In this document: one piece after another, positions 29,760 to 39,387 of the stretch
How positions within the stretch are numbered: position 1 is the first letter of the stretch
Layout: every line of letters begins with the position of its first letter
Assembly (NCBI GenBank): GCA_963738685.1
Contig: CAVTXK010000002.1
Location: 1,110,653-1,174,652, forward strand
Source: an uncultured Chloroflexia bacterium
Lineage (GTDB): Bacteria; Chloroflexota; Limnocylindria; Limnocylindrales; CSP1-4
Reading direction: 5' to 3'
DNA: 64,000 bases
Notes under the pieces: model-generated
Databases searched by the model: none
Seen by the model: the letters and a program-made list of their open reading frames with translations, nothing else
Told to the model about the DNA's origin: nothing
Made by a program: the position numbers and the translations under genes

Positions 29760-30160
29760 GCGTGTGCTTCCATCCCTTGCCGCGTACCGGGCCGCGGCGC
29801 TGACATCCCAGCGGTCACAGGTCGCGTCCCGCGCCCGGATCGACGCCCAGCTCGCCGTCGCCCAACGACGAGCGCCGACCACGCCCGGCCGCGCCGGAAG
29901 AGCGCCAACCACGTCCGGTGCCAAGACGAGGGCCCCGGACCGGCCCTGGATCGGCCGATTCTTGTCGTGTAGTCACCCGGTGAGTCTTACGCAGCGCCGC
30001 CGACCGATCGCGTGCGGAATCGTTGCCTAACTGGCCGTCGCGTAAATGCATGGCAAGGATTCGGCCCGATTCCGGTGCGTCGCGACCCGGATCGGCGATT
30101 ACCAGTCACCACAGGAATGGATGACAATTTCCACGCTGGCGTGGCCCGCCCCGGCCACGC

Positions 30161-30199
30161 AACGAAGGACCCCGGGCCTGTGCAGCAGGCCCGGGGTCC
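30161..30199 (-). terminator. Intrinsic terminator of the cupredoxin gene
   Basis: Perfect 14-bp stem GGACCCCGGGCCTG/CAGGCCCGGGGTCC, 5-nt loop, then TTCGTT on the minus strand. Confidence 0.8.
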
Positions 30200-30227
30200 A
30201 GGAGCAGCGGAGGAACGAGGTCGAGGG

Positions 30228-30620
30228 CTACTCCGCGGTGATGGTGCCCTTCATGTCCGGATGGACCTCGCAGATGAACGGATAGCTGCCAGCCGCGAGG
30301 GCCGGGATAGCGTACGTCACCTTCGCGCTGGAGACGATCTCGCCCTTGAACACGCTGGCCCCGGAGGCGTCCGAGATCGCGATGTTGTGGGGCGCGGCTT
30401 CCTGGTTGTCGAGGACCATCTCGAACGCTTCGTCCGCCGGCACGCTGACCGATGTAGGCACGAACTTGAGGTCCTTCGAGACGACGACGATGCCACTGCC
30501 CGCCGGTGCCGAGGCGCCGGGATCGGTCGGGACCGCTGTCGCGCCGCTGGCACCAGAGGTGCAGGCGGCGGTCGCGGCGGCCAGCGCCACGAGGGCCAGG
30601 CCGAGGACGAAGCGCTTCAC
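30228..30620 (-). CDS. Cupredoxin (plastocyanin-like) lipoprotein
   Basis: Signal peptide with TAAC lipobox; PHNI and YPFICEVHPDMKG type-1 copper ligands. Confidence 0.92.
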   Translation of the reverse strand: MKRFVLGLALVALAAATAACTSGASGATAVPTDPGASAPAGSGIVVVSKDLKFVPTSVSVPADEAFEMVLDNQEAAPHNIAISDASGASVFKGEIVSSAKVTYAIPALAAGSYPFICEVHPDMKGTITAE

Positions 30621-30666
30621 GGGTTCAGGACTCCTTCTGGGGTTGCGGGACGACGGGGAGGCGATT

Positions 30667-31095
30667 CTAGGCGTTGGCGCCCGCAGCTCCATCGCGGCGA
30701 GTGACGAGTGCCGTGAGGGACGCCAGCTCACGCTTGACGACGGTGACCGGGTTGCCGTCCATGCGGGCGAAGTCGACCGCGACGAGGACGATCAACGCGA
30801 CCTCGATGGCCTTGGCGATGTAGGCGGTCTGGAAGTACGGGCCCTGGATCGCCCAGGCGATGATCGTCGTGGCGGCGTAGCCGATGAGCCCGAGGCGGAC
30901 CACCCAGCGGAAGCGGACGGCCAGCGCGAGCGGCACGACCATCGCGGCGGCGGCGGTGAAGTAGCCGATCGCGTTCAGGGTGAACAGCAGGCCACCCAGG
31001 GTGAGGTGGATGTAGCCGGTCGCCAGGGCCAGGCCGACGATCGCGGCGCGGATGACGACATCGGAGGCGCGGAGTGCGGTTCGAGAGGCGAACAT
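30667..31095 (-). CDS. Small 4-TM membrane protein
   Basis: ALATGYIHLTLGG...AYIAKAIE; GAGG RBS; directly upstream of the cupredoxin. Confidence 0.8.
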   Translation of the reverse strand: MFASRTALRASDVVIRAAIVGLALATGYIHLTLGGLLFTLNAIGYFTAAAAMVVPLALAVRFRWVVRLGLIGYAATTIIAWAIQGPYFQTAYIAKAIEVALIVLVAVDFARMDGNPVTVVKRELASLTALVTRRDGAAGANA

Positions 31096-31322
31096 GTCGG
31101 TAACGGACCTCGTTCTGCATTGCCGGTTCAGTGCCGGTGTGATGCAGGCATCGTCTGGGCGATACCCCCGTCGGCGCGCCGGACAAGCGACCCCGAGCGA
31201 CCCCGACGCTCGCCCCCGCCCGAGGGTCGTCGTGCGACGAGGGCCGCATCGGTCGGATGACGTAGCCCGCATCGCCGAACGGCGATGCCCGCAGTTGGCG
31301 GACCCGTCGTATCCTCGGGCCG

Positions 31323-34300
31323 ATGGCCGCCCCGCCCCGACCCCGTCGCTCCAGGCCGACCAGGCCCGCGACCGCCAGCGCCGCAACGGATGCGCTCGCG
31401 GACAGCACCCCGCGCACGGTCCCCGGCACGGACGATCTCTTGACGGCGGCCGTCGAGGAAGCCGCCCGCCTGCTCGATGCCGACGGGGCGATGGTCTACC
31501 TGGTCGACCCGGCCACCGGCAAGCTCCGCTTCGCCCACGACGCCGGAATCCGCAGCCCGCGCAGCCGCGACCTCGTCCGCGGTCTCGAGCTCGATCCCGG
31601 CACGGGCATGTTCGGTCGGGCCGTCGCCGAGCGGGCCGTCGTCTCGACCGGCGACTACCGCGCGGATGACGCCTTCCAACACGCCGACCAGCCCGATCGC
31701 GTGGTGGCGGACATCGGGATCCGCTCGATGGTCGTCGCGCCGATCGTCGCCGGCGAGGAGGTCTTCGGGGCGCTGGGCACGTTCTCGACCCGCCCGGATG
31801 CGTTCGATGCTGCCCAGACCGCGCTGGTCCGGGCGCTGGCCGACCATGCCGCCGCCGCGATGGCCAACAGCCGCCTCATCGAGGAGCTCGACCAGTCGCG
31901 CTCAGAGCTGGCCCAGCGCGCCGAGATCGAGCGGACGTTGCGCGAGATCAATGCCGGCATCTCGGCCGCGTCCGACCTCTCGAGCGTCCTCCAACTCGCG
32001 GTCGATCAGGCCGCCCGCCTGCTCGATGCGGACGGGGCGCGCATCGACCTCATCGAAGCCCGGTCCGGGCTCCTGCGCTGGGCCTACGCCTCGGGCGCGC
32101 TCAAGCCCGACGACACGAACTGGCCAGACGACCCGGACGAGACCCTGGACCAGGGCGTGTCCGGTCAGGCCGTGGTCCACGCCCGCCCGTTCTGGACGGG
32201 CGACTACGCGGACGACGACCGCTTCCCGCACGGCGCCGGTGCCGACACGTACATCCGGGCCTCGGGCCTCCGGTCGGTCATGGCCGCGCCGTTGATCGGC
32301 GAAGCGGGGCCGTTCGGGTCGCTGACCGTCTTCACGGACCGAGTCGATGCCTGGAGCGAACCCGACTCGGTGCTGATCGAGGCGATCGCCGCCCAGGCCG
32401 CCATCGCGATCGCCCGGACGCGTCTCGTCGAGGAGCTCGACCGATCCAGGACCGCGCTCGCCCGGCGCGCTCAGGCCGAGCAGGCCCTGCGCGAGATCGC
32501 GGCGCGCATCACCGCGCTGCGCGACCCGACCGAGATCCTCCAGGAGGTCATCGAGCTGGCGAGCCGGCTCGTCGACGGCCAAGGCGCGATCCTCGATCTG
32601 CTCGACCCGGAGACGGGCAACCTGCGCTGGGCGTTCGATGACGGCCTGGCCGGGCAGTTCAGCCCGGAGGAGCGGGCCCAGCTGTGGATCTCGGTCGGGG
32701 TGGGCGCGACCGGGATGGCGGTCGCCGAGGACCGCGTCGTGATCGCCGGGGACGACCTTGCGTCGCTCTTCCCGCCGTCGCCCGAGTCGAGCCAGTTCTA
32801 CGAGCGGACCGGGTTCCGCTCCATGATCGCGGCGCCGATCACCGGCGACGACGGGCCCCTCGGCGTCATCGAGGTCTACGCCGTCCGGCCGGACGCGTTC
32901 GGCGAGGCCGATGGGGCGCTGATCCGGGCGCTGTCCGGCCAGGCCGCGATCGCCATCACCAACGCGCGCCTCATCGGGGAGCTGGAGCGCTCGCGCGAGG
33001 AGAACGCGCAGCGGGCCGATGCGGAACGGACCCTGCGCGAGATCGCGGCTCGCGTGTCGGCGATCCTCGACCCGGCCGAGGTGCTCGGGCGGATCGTTGG
33101 TGAGGCCGCCCGGCTGCTCGGCTCGGACGGTGCGCGGATCGACCTGTGGGACGAGGACCTGGGAGCGCTGCGCTGGGCGTACTCCGCCGGCGACGCGATG
33201 GCCGAGGTGCCCGAGTGGGGCCGGACCGGCGGGCTCAAGCCGCGCCAGGCCGTCGCGGGACTCGCCTACGCCGAGCAGCGCGCCGTCATGACCGAGGACT
33301 TCCTCGCCGACGAGCGCTTCGAAACGACACCCGAGATCGAGGCCTTCGTGCGCAAGGCCGGCATCCGCGCCGTCATCTCGACACCGCTCGGCGGGGAGGG
33401 CGGCGGTCCGCTCGGCGTGCTGTCGGTCGTGTCCCGCGAGCCGGGCGCCTACACCGAGGCCGAGGTCGAGACGCTGAGCGCGCTCGCGACGCATGCCTCG
33501 ATCGCGATCACGAACGCGAATCTCATGGAGGAGCTGGGCCGGTCGCGTGCCGATATCGAACGGCGCGCCGAGGCCGAGCGCAGTCTGCGCCAGATCGCCG
33601 CGCGGATCACCGCGTTGCGCGAGCCCGACGACGTGCTCCAGCTGGTCATCGACGAGGCGCTTCGCCTGCTCCAGGGTGACGGCGCGCTCATCGACCAGTA
33701 CGACCCGGACAGCGGGACGCTCCAATGGGCGTACGACGCCGGCCTGCCGCTCGAGCACCGCGAGGCCGTCAAGATGACGAACCTGCGGCTCGGTGAAGGC
33801 GTCTCCGGCACGGCGGTCGCGGAGGGCCGGGTCATCATCGTCGGCGACTACCTCGACGCCGAGTTCCAGCACGACGAGCTGGCCGACTCGCTCGTGGCCC
33901 GGGCCGGGGTGCGCGACCTCATCGCCGCGCCGATCATCGGGGAGGCGGGCCCGCTCGGCGCGATCGAGGTCTTCAGCCGGATCCCCCATCGCTTCGGGGC
34001 ATTCGACGCGGCGGTCCTCGGTGGCCTCGCCGAGCAGGCCGCGATCGCGATCACCAACGCTCGGCTGATCGACGAGCTGGAGCGCTCACAGGTGGCCCTG
34101 GCCCGGCGGGCCGAGACCGAGCGCTCGCTGCGCGACATCACCGCGCGCATCGCGGCCCTGACCGATCCCGACGAGGTCCTCGAGCGCGTCGTCGAGGACG
34201 CCAAGCGCCTGCTCGCCACCGACGGTGCGCATCTGACCCGGATGGCCCCGTCGCGGACATACCTCGTGCCGGTCGTCGTCGCGGGCGCCACCGATGACGC

Positions 34301-36491
34301 GACCCGGGCGTGGCTGATGGGCATGCGGTTCCCGATGGGCGACGGCATCAACGGCCTCGCCGCGGAGCAGGGCACGCCGGTCTGGACGCTGGACTACCTC
34401 GCCGATCCGCGGATCCCCCACGAGCCGTCCGACCTGGAGGTCGCCCGGAGGCTTGGGCTGCGCGGCATGGCGGCGGCGCCGCTGCGCGCACCCGGCGGCG
34501 ATGTCATCGGCACGCTCGCGATCTCGACCGCCGAGCCGCGCACCTTCGAGGCCGACGAGCTCGACCTCCTCCAGGGTCTCGCCGACCAGGCGGCCATCGC
34601 CCTGACGAACTCGAACCTGCTCGCCCGCCTCACGCTCGAGGAGGCGCGCTTCCGCGGGTTCGTCCAGACCATCCCGGACGTGATCTGGCGGGCCGACGGC
34701 GAGGGCATCTTCACGTTCATGGCGGACACCGCGGAGGCGCTCTTCGGTTGGCCGGTCGAGGAGATCATCGGCAAGCCGTTCGCCTTCCTGACCGACCCGG
34801 CGTCGATGCCCCTCGCGCTGGAGAAGTACGCGGCCGTCGGTGCGACACCGGAGCTCGTCGAGCGCGTTCCGCTGATCCTCGTGCGGCGCGATGGCTCGCG
34901 GTTCGCGGCGGAGGTCACGACGACCGGCGTGTTCGAGGACGACCGGTGGGTCGGCGCCCAGGGCACGGTCCGCGACGTCAGCGAACGGGAGCGCCTGGAG
35001 CGCGAGCTGCGCCAGTCGGAGGAGCGCTACCGCTACCTCGTCCAGAGCGCGCCCGACCTCGTCTGGTCGATCGGGACCGACGCGACCATCACGTTCCTCT
35101 CGGAAGCGGTCGAGCGGCTGACCGGCTTCCGCCCGGATGAGCTCATCGGGCAGCACTTCGGCGCACTCGTCCATGAAAGCTCGAGCGAGGTCGCGCAGCT
35201 CGATTGGACGCAGGCGATGGACGCCCCGTCGCAGGAGCTGCGCGGACGACTCAACCTGCGCCACCGTGACGGCTCGGCGGTCCCGGCGGAGTTCATCGCC
35301 GTGGCCTCGCTGGACGCGCAGGGCCGGTTCGCCGGGGCGAACGGGTCGGTCCGCGACATGCGCGAGCGCGAGCGCCTCGAACGCGAGCTGAGCCAGTCCG
35401 AGGAACGGTTCCGGTTCCTCGTGCAGAACTCCCCCGATATCGTGTTCTCGAGCAACGTCGAGGGCCGCTTCACGTTCCTCTCGGCGGCGATCGAGCGCAT
35501 GACCGGGTTCACGGCCGAGGACCTCATCGGCCAGCACTTCTCGACCATCATCGAGTCGGAAGAGCTCCAGGTCCCGGGCGGCCGCTGGGAAGCGTTGGTC
35601 GAGGATCCGGACCTGGAGGTCCAGGCCACGCAGGTGCTCAAGGGCCGCGATGGGCGCCTCACCCCGGTCGACGTCCGGGCGGTCGGGATCAAGGTCGATG
35701 GCCGGTTCGCCGGCATCCAGGGCGCGGCCCGGGACGTGAGCGACCAGGTCCGGCTGCAGGGCGAGCTTCGTCGGCAGGCGGGCGAGCTGGCCGCCAGTGA
35801 GGAACGGGCCCATCTCGCCCGGGAGCTGCATGACTCGGTCACCCAGGCGTTGTTCTCGATGAGCCTCGTGTCGCGGTCCGTGGAGCTGCTGCTCGAGCGC
35901 GACCCGGCCACGGCGCGTCAGCATCTGACCCAACTGCGCGACCTCCAGCGCGAGGCCCTGGCGGAGATGCGCGCGCTCATCTTCGAGCTGCGGCCGGGGA
36001 ACCTCGAGCAGGACGGGCTGGTCCGGGCGCTCAAGACCCACAGCTCGGCGCTGCAGGGCCGGCTCGGACTGCCGATCGTCGTCGAGAGCGACCTCCCGGA
36101 GCGACTGCCGCTGGCCGCCGAGGAGGTCCTCTACCGGATCGCCCAGGAGGCGCTCCACAACGTCGTCAAGCACGCGGCCGCCCGCCAGGTCCGGCTCGAT
36201 GTCCGACGCCACGACGGCGGCGGGGTGCAGCTGCGGATCGAGGACGACGGCAAGGGCTTCGATCCGACCGTGGTCCCGGACGGCCACCTCGGCCTGACCG
36301 GAATGCGGGCCCGGGCGGACCGCATCGGCGGGGAGTTCCGGTGCACGAGTCGCCCAGGCAACGGCACGACGATCGAGGTCACCCTCAGCCCGGCCGCGCT
36401 CGACGAGCTGCACGGGGCCGCGGCGGCAGCCGGCGAAGCGGCCGCCCGGTCGGCCGCCCCGACCGAGACGCCGTCCATCCGGGACGGATGA
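31323..36491 (+). CDS. Cytoplasmic histidine kinase: 6 GAF + 3 PAS + HisKA_3/HATPase
   Basis: Six repeats ending AAIAITNARL-like, three PAS/PAC (RDVSER, RDMRER, RDVSDQ), ARELHDSVTQ, QEALHNVVKH, DDGKGF, GLTGM; no TM segment. Confidence 0.96.
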   Translation: MAAPPRPRRSRPTRPATASAATDALADSTPRTVPGTDDLLTAAVEEAARLLDADGAMVYLVDPATGKLRFAHDAGIRSPRSRDLVRGLELDPGTGMFGRAVAERAVVSTGDYRADDAFQHADQPDRVVADIGIRSMVVAPIVAGEEVFGALGTFSTRPDAFDAAQTALVRALADHAAAAMANSRLIEELDQSRSELAQRAEIERTLREINAGISAASDLSSVLQLAVDQAARLLDADGARIDLIEARSGLLRWAYASGALKPDDTNWPDDPDETLDQGVSGQAVVHARPFWTGDYADDDRFPHGAGADTYIRASGLRSVMAAPLIGEAGPFGSLTVFTDRVDAWSEPDSVLIEAIAAQAAIAIARTRLVEELDRSRTALARRAQAEQALREIAARITALRDPTEILQEVIELASRLVDGQGAILDLLDPETGNLRWAFDDGLAGQFSPEERAQLWISVGVGATGMAVAEDRVVIAGDDLASLFPPSPESSQFYERTGFRSMIAAPITGDDGPLGVIEVYAVRPDAFGEADGALIRALSGQAAIAITNARLIGELERSREENAQRADAERTLREIAARVSAILDPAEVLGRIVGEAARLLGSDGARIDLWDEDLGALRWAYSAGDAMAEVPEWGRTGGLKPRQAVAGLAYAEQRAVMTEDFLADERFETTPEIEAFVRKAGIRAVISTPLGGEGGGPLGVLSVVSREPGAYTEAEVETLSALATHASIAITNANLMEELGRSRADIERRAEAERSLRQIAARITALREPDDVLQLVIDEALRLLQGDGALIDQYDPDSGTLQWAYDAGLPLEHREAVKMTNLRLGEGVSGTAVAEGRVIIVGDYLDAEFQHDELADSLVARAGVRDLIAAPIIGEAGPLGAIEVFSRIPHRFGAFDAAVLGGLAEQAAIAITNARLIDELERSQVALARRAETERSLRDITARIAALTDPDEVLERVVEDAKRLLATDGAHLTRMAPSRTYLVPVVVAGATDDATRAWLMGMRFPMGDGINGLAAEQGTPVWTLDYLADPRIPHEPSDLEVARRLGLRGMAAAPLRAPGGDVIGTLAISTAEPRTFEADELDLLQGLADQAAIALTNSNLLARLTLEEARFRGFVQTIPDVIWRADGEGIFTFMADTAEALFGWPVEEIIGKPFAFLTDPASMPLALEKYAAVGATPELVERVPLILVRRDGSRFAAEVTTTGVFEDDRWVGAQGTVRDVSERERLERELRQSEERYRYLVQSAPDLVWSIGTDATITFLSEAVERLTGFRPDELIGQHFGALVHESSSEVAQLDWTQAMDAPSQELRGRLNLRHRDGSAVPAEFIAVASLDAQGRFAGANGSVRDMRERERLERELSQSEERFRFLVQNSPDIVFSSNVEGRFTFLSAAIERMTGFTAEDLIGQHFSTIIESEELQVPGGRWEALVEDPDLEVQATQVLKGRDGRLTPVDVRAVGIKVDGRFAGIQGAARDVSDQVRLQGELRRQAGELAASEERAHLARELHDSVTQALFSMSLVSRSVELLLERDPATARQHLTQLRDLQREALAEMRALIFELRPGNLEQDGLVRALKTHSSALQGRLGLPIVVESDLPERLPLAAEEVLYRIAQEALHNVVKHAAARQVRLDVRRHDGGGVQLRIEDDGKGFDPTVVPDGHLGLTGMRARADRIGGEFRCTSRPGNGTTIEVTLSPAALDELHGAAAAAGEAAARSAAPTETPSIRDG

Positions 36492-36569
36492 CGTAGCCAG
36501 CCATCGTCGTTCTGCCGACCTCGCACCCCGGCGAAGGTCGCTTTCGTGTAGTCGGGCGCCGGCCGCACC

Positions 36570-36980
36570 ATGGCGTGGATGCCTGGATCCGATTCCCCAT
36601 CCGACGCGCCACTACGCGTGGTCGTCGTCGATTCGGACGACCGGGTGCGCGAGAGCCTGGCCGGACTGCTGGCGATCGGCGGCCGCGTGGTCATCGTCGG
36701 CAGTGCTGGGCATGCCGGTCCGGCCCTCGACCTCGTCCTCGACCAGCGGCCCGATGTCGTCATCGTCGATCCTCGCCTGCCGGAGGTGGACTCGGGTCTC
36801 GCGTTCATGCGCGAGCTTCGGGCCCGTCGTCCGGAGGTCCGGATCCTCGCGATGAGCTGGTCGGACACACTGGAGCACACGGCCATCGATGGTGGCGCCG
36901 ACGGATTCGTGCGCAAGACCTTCCGGCCCGACGAGCTGCTCGCCGCGATCCTCGCGACGAGCGGACGCGTCGGCGCCTGA
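36570..36980 (+). CDS. Single-domain response regulator
   Basis: VVVVDSD, PDVVIVD, AMS, GFVRK. Confidence 0.88.
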   Translation: MAWMPGSDSPSDAPLRVVVVDSDDRVRESLAGLLAIGGRVVIVGSAGHAGPALDLVLDQRPDVVIVDPRLPEVDSGLAFMRELRARRPEVRILAMSWSDTLEHTAIDGGADGFVRKTFRPDELLAAILATSGRVGA

Positions 36981-37086
36981 TGCGATCTGCGCTGGCGGGG
37001 GTCGGACCTTTGCTAGACTCGGTCACGCCCCAGAGTCCTGCGATCCCTTCGCCAGATCCCGCCGCGCTGATGCGCCAGGAGCCGAC

Positions 37087-37752
37087 GTGACCGACACCGC
37101 CCCGATCCGTGTGCTCATCGTGGACGACCACTCGGTCGTGCGGATGGGCCTCAAGGTGTTCTTCGATCTTCAGCCGGACATCGAAGTCGTCGGCGAGGCC
37201 GCCGATGGCTCGGAGGGCGTGGCGATGGCCCGTCGCCTCGAGCCGGATGTCGTCCTGATGGACTTGCTCATGCCGAACATGGACGGGGTGACCGCCATCG
37301 GCCGGATCAAGGCCGAGCGACCGGAGACCGAGATCGTGACGATGACCTCGTTCATCGAGGAGGAGAAGGTCACCTCGGCGCTCGAGGCGGGCGCATCCGG
37401 CTACGTGCTCAAGGACGCCGAGGCCGAGGAGGTCGCGGCCGCCGTCCGGGCCGCCTTCGCGGGCGAGGTCCACCTCGACCCGGCCGTCGCCCGCCTGCTC
37501 GCCGAGCGGATGCGGAACCGCAAGTCGCCCGACGCCGCGCTGACCGAGCCGTTGACCGAGCGCGAGAAGGATGTCATCCGCCTGCTGGGGCAGGGGATGA
37601 GCAACAAGGAGATCGGGGCCACGCTGTTCATCACCGAGCGGACGGCGCGCACCTACGTGTCGAACATCCTCGGCAAGCTCGGCCTCGCCTCGCGGACCCA
37701 GGCCGCGCTCTACGCGGTGGAACACAAGCTGGTCGACGCCCCGAAGGCGTGA
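37087..37752 (+). CDS. NarL/LuxR family response regulator
   Basis: VDDHSVVR, VLMDLLMP, GYVLK, LTEREKDV...SNKEIG...SRTQAALYA. Confidence 0.96.
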   Translation: MTDTAPIRVLIVDDHSVVRMGLKVFFDLQPDIEVVGEAADGSEGVAMARRLEPDVVLMDLLMPNMDGVTAIGRIKAERPETEIVTMTSFIEEEKVTSALEAGASGYVLKDAEAEEVAAAVRAAFAGEVHLDPAVARLLAERMRNRKSPDAALTEPLTEREKDVIRLLGQGMSNKEIGATLFITERTARTYVSNILGKLGLASRTQAALYAVEHKLVDAPKA

Positions 37753-37788
37753 TCTCGCAGGTTCCCCGCGCGGCTTCCGAGCCCTGAG

Positions 37789-37939
37789 CCCGGCTCCGCG
37801 GTCACCACCGGGCACACCCCGCACAGCCGTGCACGCGCCCGGCTCCGATGTCACCACCAGGCACACATCCCGCACAGCCGTACACGTCCCCGGCTCCGCT
37901 GTCACCACCAGGCACACATCCCGCACGGCCGTGCACGAG
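37789..37939. repeat. 49-51-bp tandem repeat x3 between convergent genes
   Basis: Units CCCGGCTCCG.(.)GTCACCACC.GGCACAC..CCCGCAC.GCCGT.CACG at 37789, 37838, 37889. Confidence 0.92.
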
Positions 37940-38045
37940 CGATCGCTCAGATCGCCCGAAACCGCCGGCTGGGCGATGGCTCACGAGGAAGCTATCGCAA
38001 ACGCGCGCCTGGTGGTTACACCCGCCGGTGGCTTGCCGAGCGAGG

Positions 38046-39341
38046 CTACTCGACGGTCACGACCCGGTACGTGACGGCGCCGCGTGGCGTCTGGACGGCC
38101 ACCTCAGCCCCGGCGGTCGCACCCAGGAGCGCGCGCCCGACCGGCGACGCCACCGACAACCGCCCGGCCGCGGGATCCGCCTCGGCGCTGCCGACCAGCG
38201 TGTACGTGTCGGTCATCCCGTCCACCTCGACCGTGACGCGCGACCCGAGATCGGCCCCGGCCCCGGCGGCCGGCACCACCGCGATGACGGCGTCCCGGAG
38301 CCGAGCCTCCAGCGCCTGCACCCGGCCCTCGAGGAACGACTGCTCCTCCCGCGCCGCGGTGTAGTCGGCGTTCTCCTTGAGGTCTCCGAGCTCTTTGGCT
38401 GCCCGGATCCGGGCGATCACCTCGGGCCGGCGCACGCCGGTCAGTTCGGCCAGCTCGGCCCGCAGTCGCTCGGCCCCTTCGGCGGTCAGCGTCGCGGCCG
38501 GCCCACCGGGTGTGGCCATCGGTGGCGGCGCCTGCGTCCGGGGCGCGGAGCCTGCAGCGCGACCGCCGCCACCGGCCTGCGACGAGGTCGGCGCGGGCGC
38601 CCGCCGGGGCGTCCCCGATCGCGCCGACGCCCCCGACGCGGCTCCGCCGATCGACCCACGCCGTCGCGGCTCCGGCGGTTCCCCACGAGCGCCCTCGGCA
38701 TCGCCGTCCGGCAGGACCACGACCCGTTTCGGGGGCGGTGCCGGCTCGGCGGCCTCCACGAGTAGCGACCCGGTCAGCCCGGTCACCCGCCGCTCCCCGG
38801 TCGCGCGCCGCAGGTTGGCGAAGGGCAGCACGACCGACCGATCGTGCAGCGCCGCCTGGTCCGCTTCCGGGACGCCCGCCGCGAACGCAGTGAGCAACGC
38901 GTCGTCGTACTCCTCCGTGGCGGCCGTCGCGGCCCACCATACGCGGGTCGATGGCAGCGCCGACAGCACCTTCAGCCAATGCCCGCCCGAATGCGGCCGC
39001 CGGTCCCCGAGCACCGTCCGCTCCATCGCGGCGACCCGCCCGCCGATCGACACATCCGTCGCGCCGATGTAGAGCACCGCCTGCGACGGCAGCCAGAAGG
39101 ACGCAAGCCGGGCTGCCAGAGCCCGTGACGACGGCCGGGCCCCGTCGAGCAGCAACGACGGCACCCGCTCAAGCCACTTGCCGACCCGGGTGAGTTCGAT
39201 CGGCGCGGTCGCCATCGGGGCGGCCAGCTCGATGATGAAGACCCCGGCTGTGCGGGCGGGGACGGGGCGGCCCCATGGCAGCGGCCCGTCGGCCAGGAGA
39301 CCGACGTCCCGGAGCAGCGAGGCGGCAGTGACGTCCGGCAT
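38046..39341 (-). CDS. greA: GreA transcript-cleavage factor fused to an N-terminal GIY-YIG-like domain
   Basis: C-terminal LTAEG...GDLKENADY...EEQSFLEGR...SPVGRALLG; N-terminal GVFII...LYIG...GGRV...PHSGG...EEY...PFANL; leaderless ATG after TACCAT. Confidence 0.88.
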   Translation of the reverse strand: MPDVTAASLLRDVGLLADGPLPWGRPVPARTAGVFIIELAAPMATAPIELTRVGKWLERVPSLLLDGARPSSRALAARLASFWLPSQAVLYIGATDVSIGGRVAAMERTVLGDRRPHSGGHWLKVLSALPSTRVWWAATAATEEYDDALLTAFAAGVPEADQAALHDRSVVLPFANLRRATGERRVTGLTGSLLVEAAEPAPPPKRVVVLPDGDAEGARGEPPEPRRRGSIGGAASGASARSGTPRRAPAPTSSQAGGGGRAAGSAPRTQAPPPMATPGGPAATLTAEGAERLRAELAELTGVRRPEVIARIRAAKELGDLKENADYTAAREEQSFLEGRVQALEARLRDAVIAVVPAAGAGADLGSRVTVEVDGMTDTYTLVGSAEADPAAGRLSVASPVGRALLGATAGAEVAVQTPRGAVTYRVVTVE

Positions 39342-39387
39342 CCAGGGGGATGGTACCCGCGACGGGACGGCGCTATCGTGCGCAGGC

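Noticed and set aside
31254-36498. Kinase as a mobile element bounded by 14-bp target duplications
   Set aside because: No recombinase or terminal inverted repeats, and it belongs with the adjacent regulators; a binding site is the simpler reading.
37789-37939. CRISPR array
   Set aside because: Units are contiguous with no unique spacers, and no cas genes are present.
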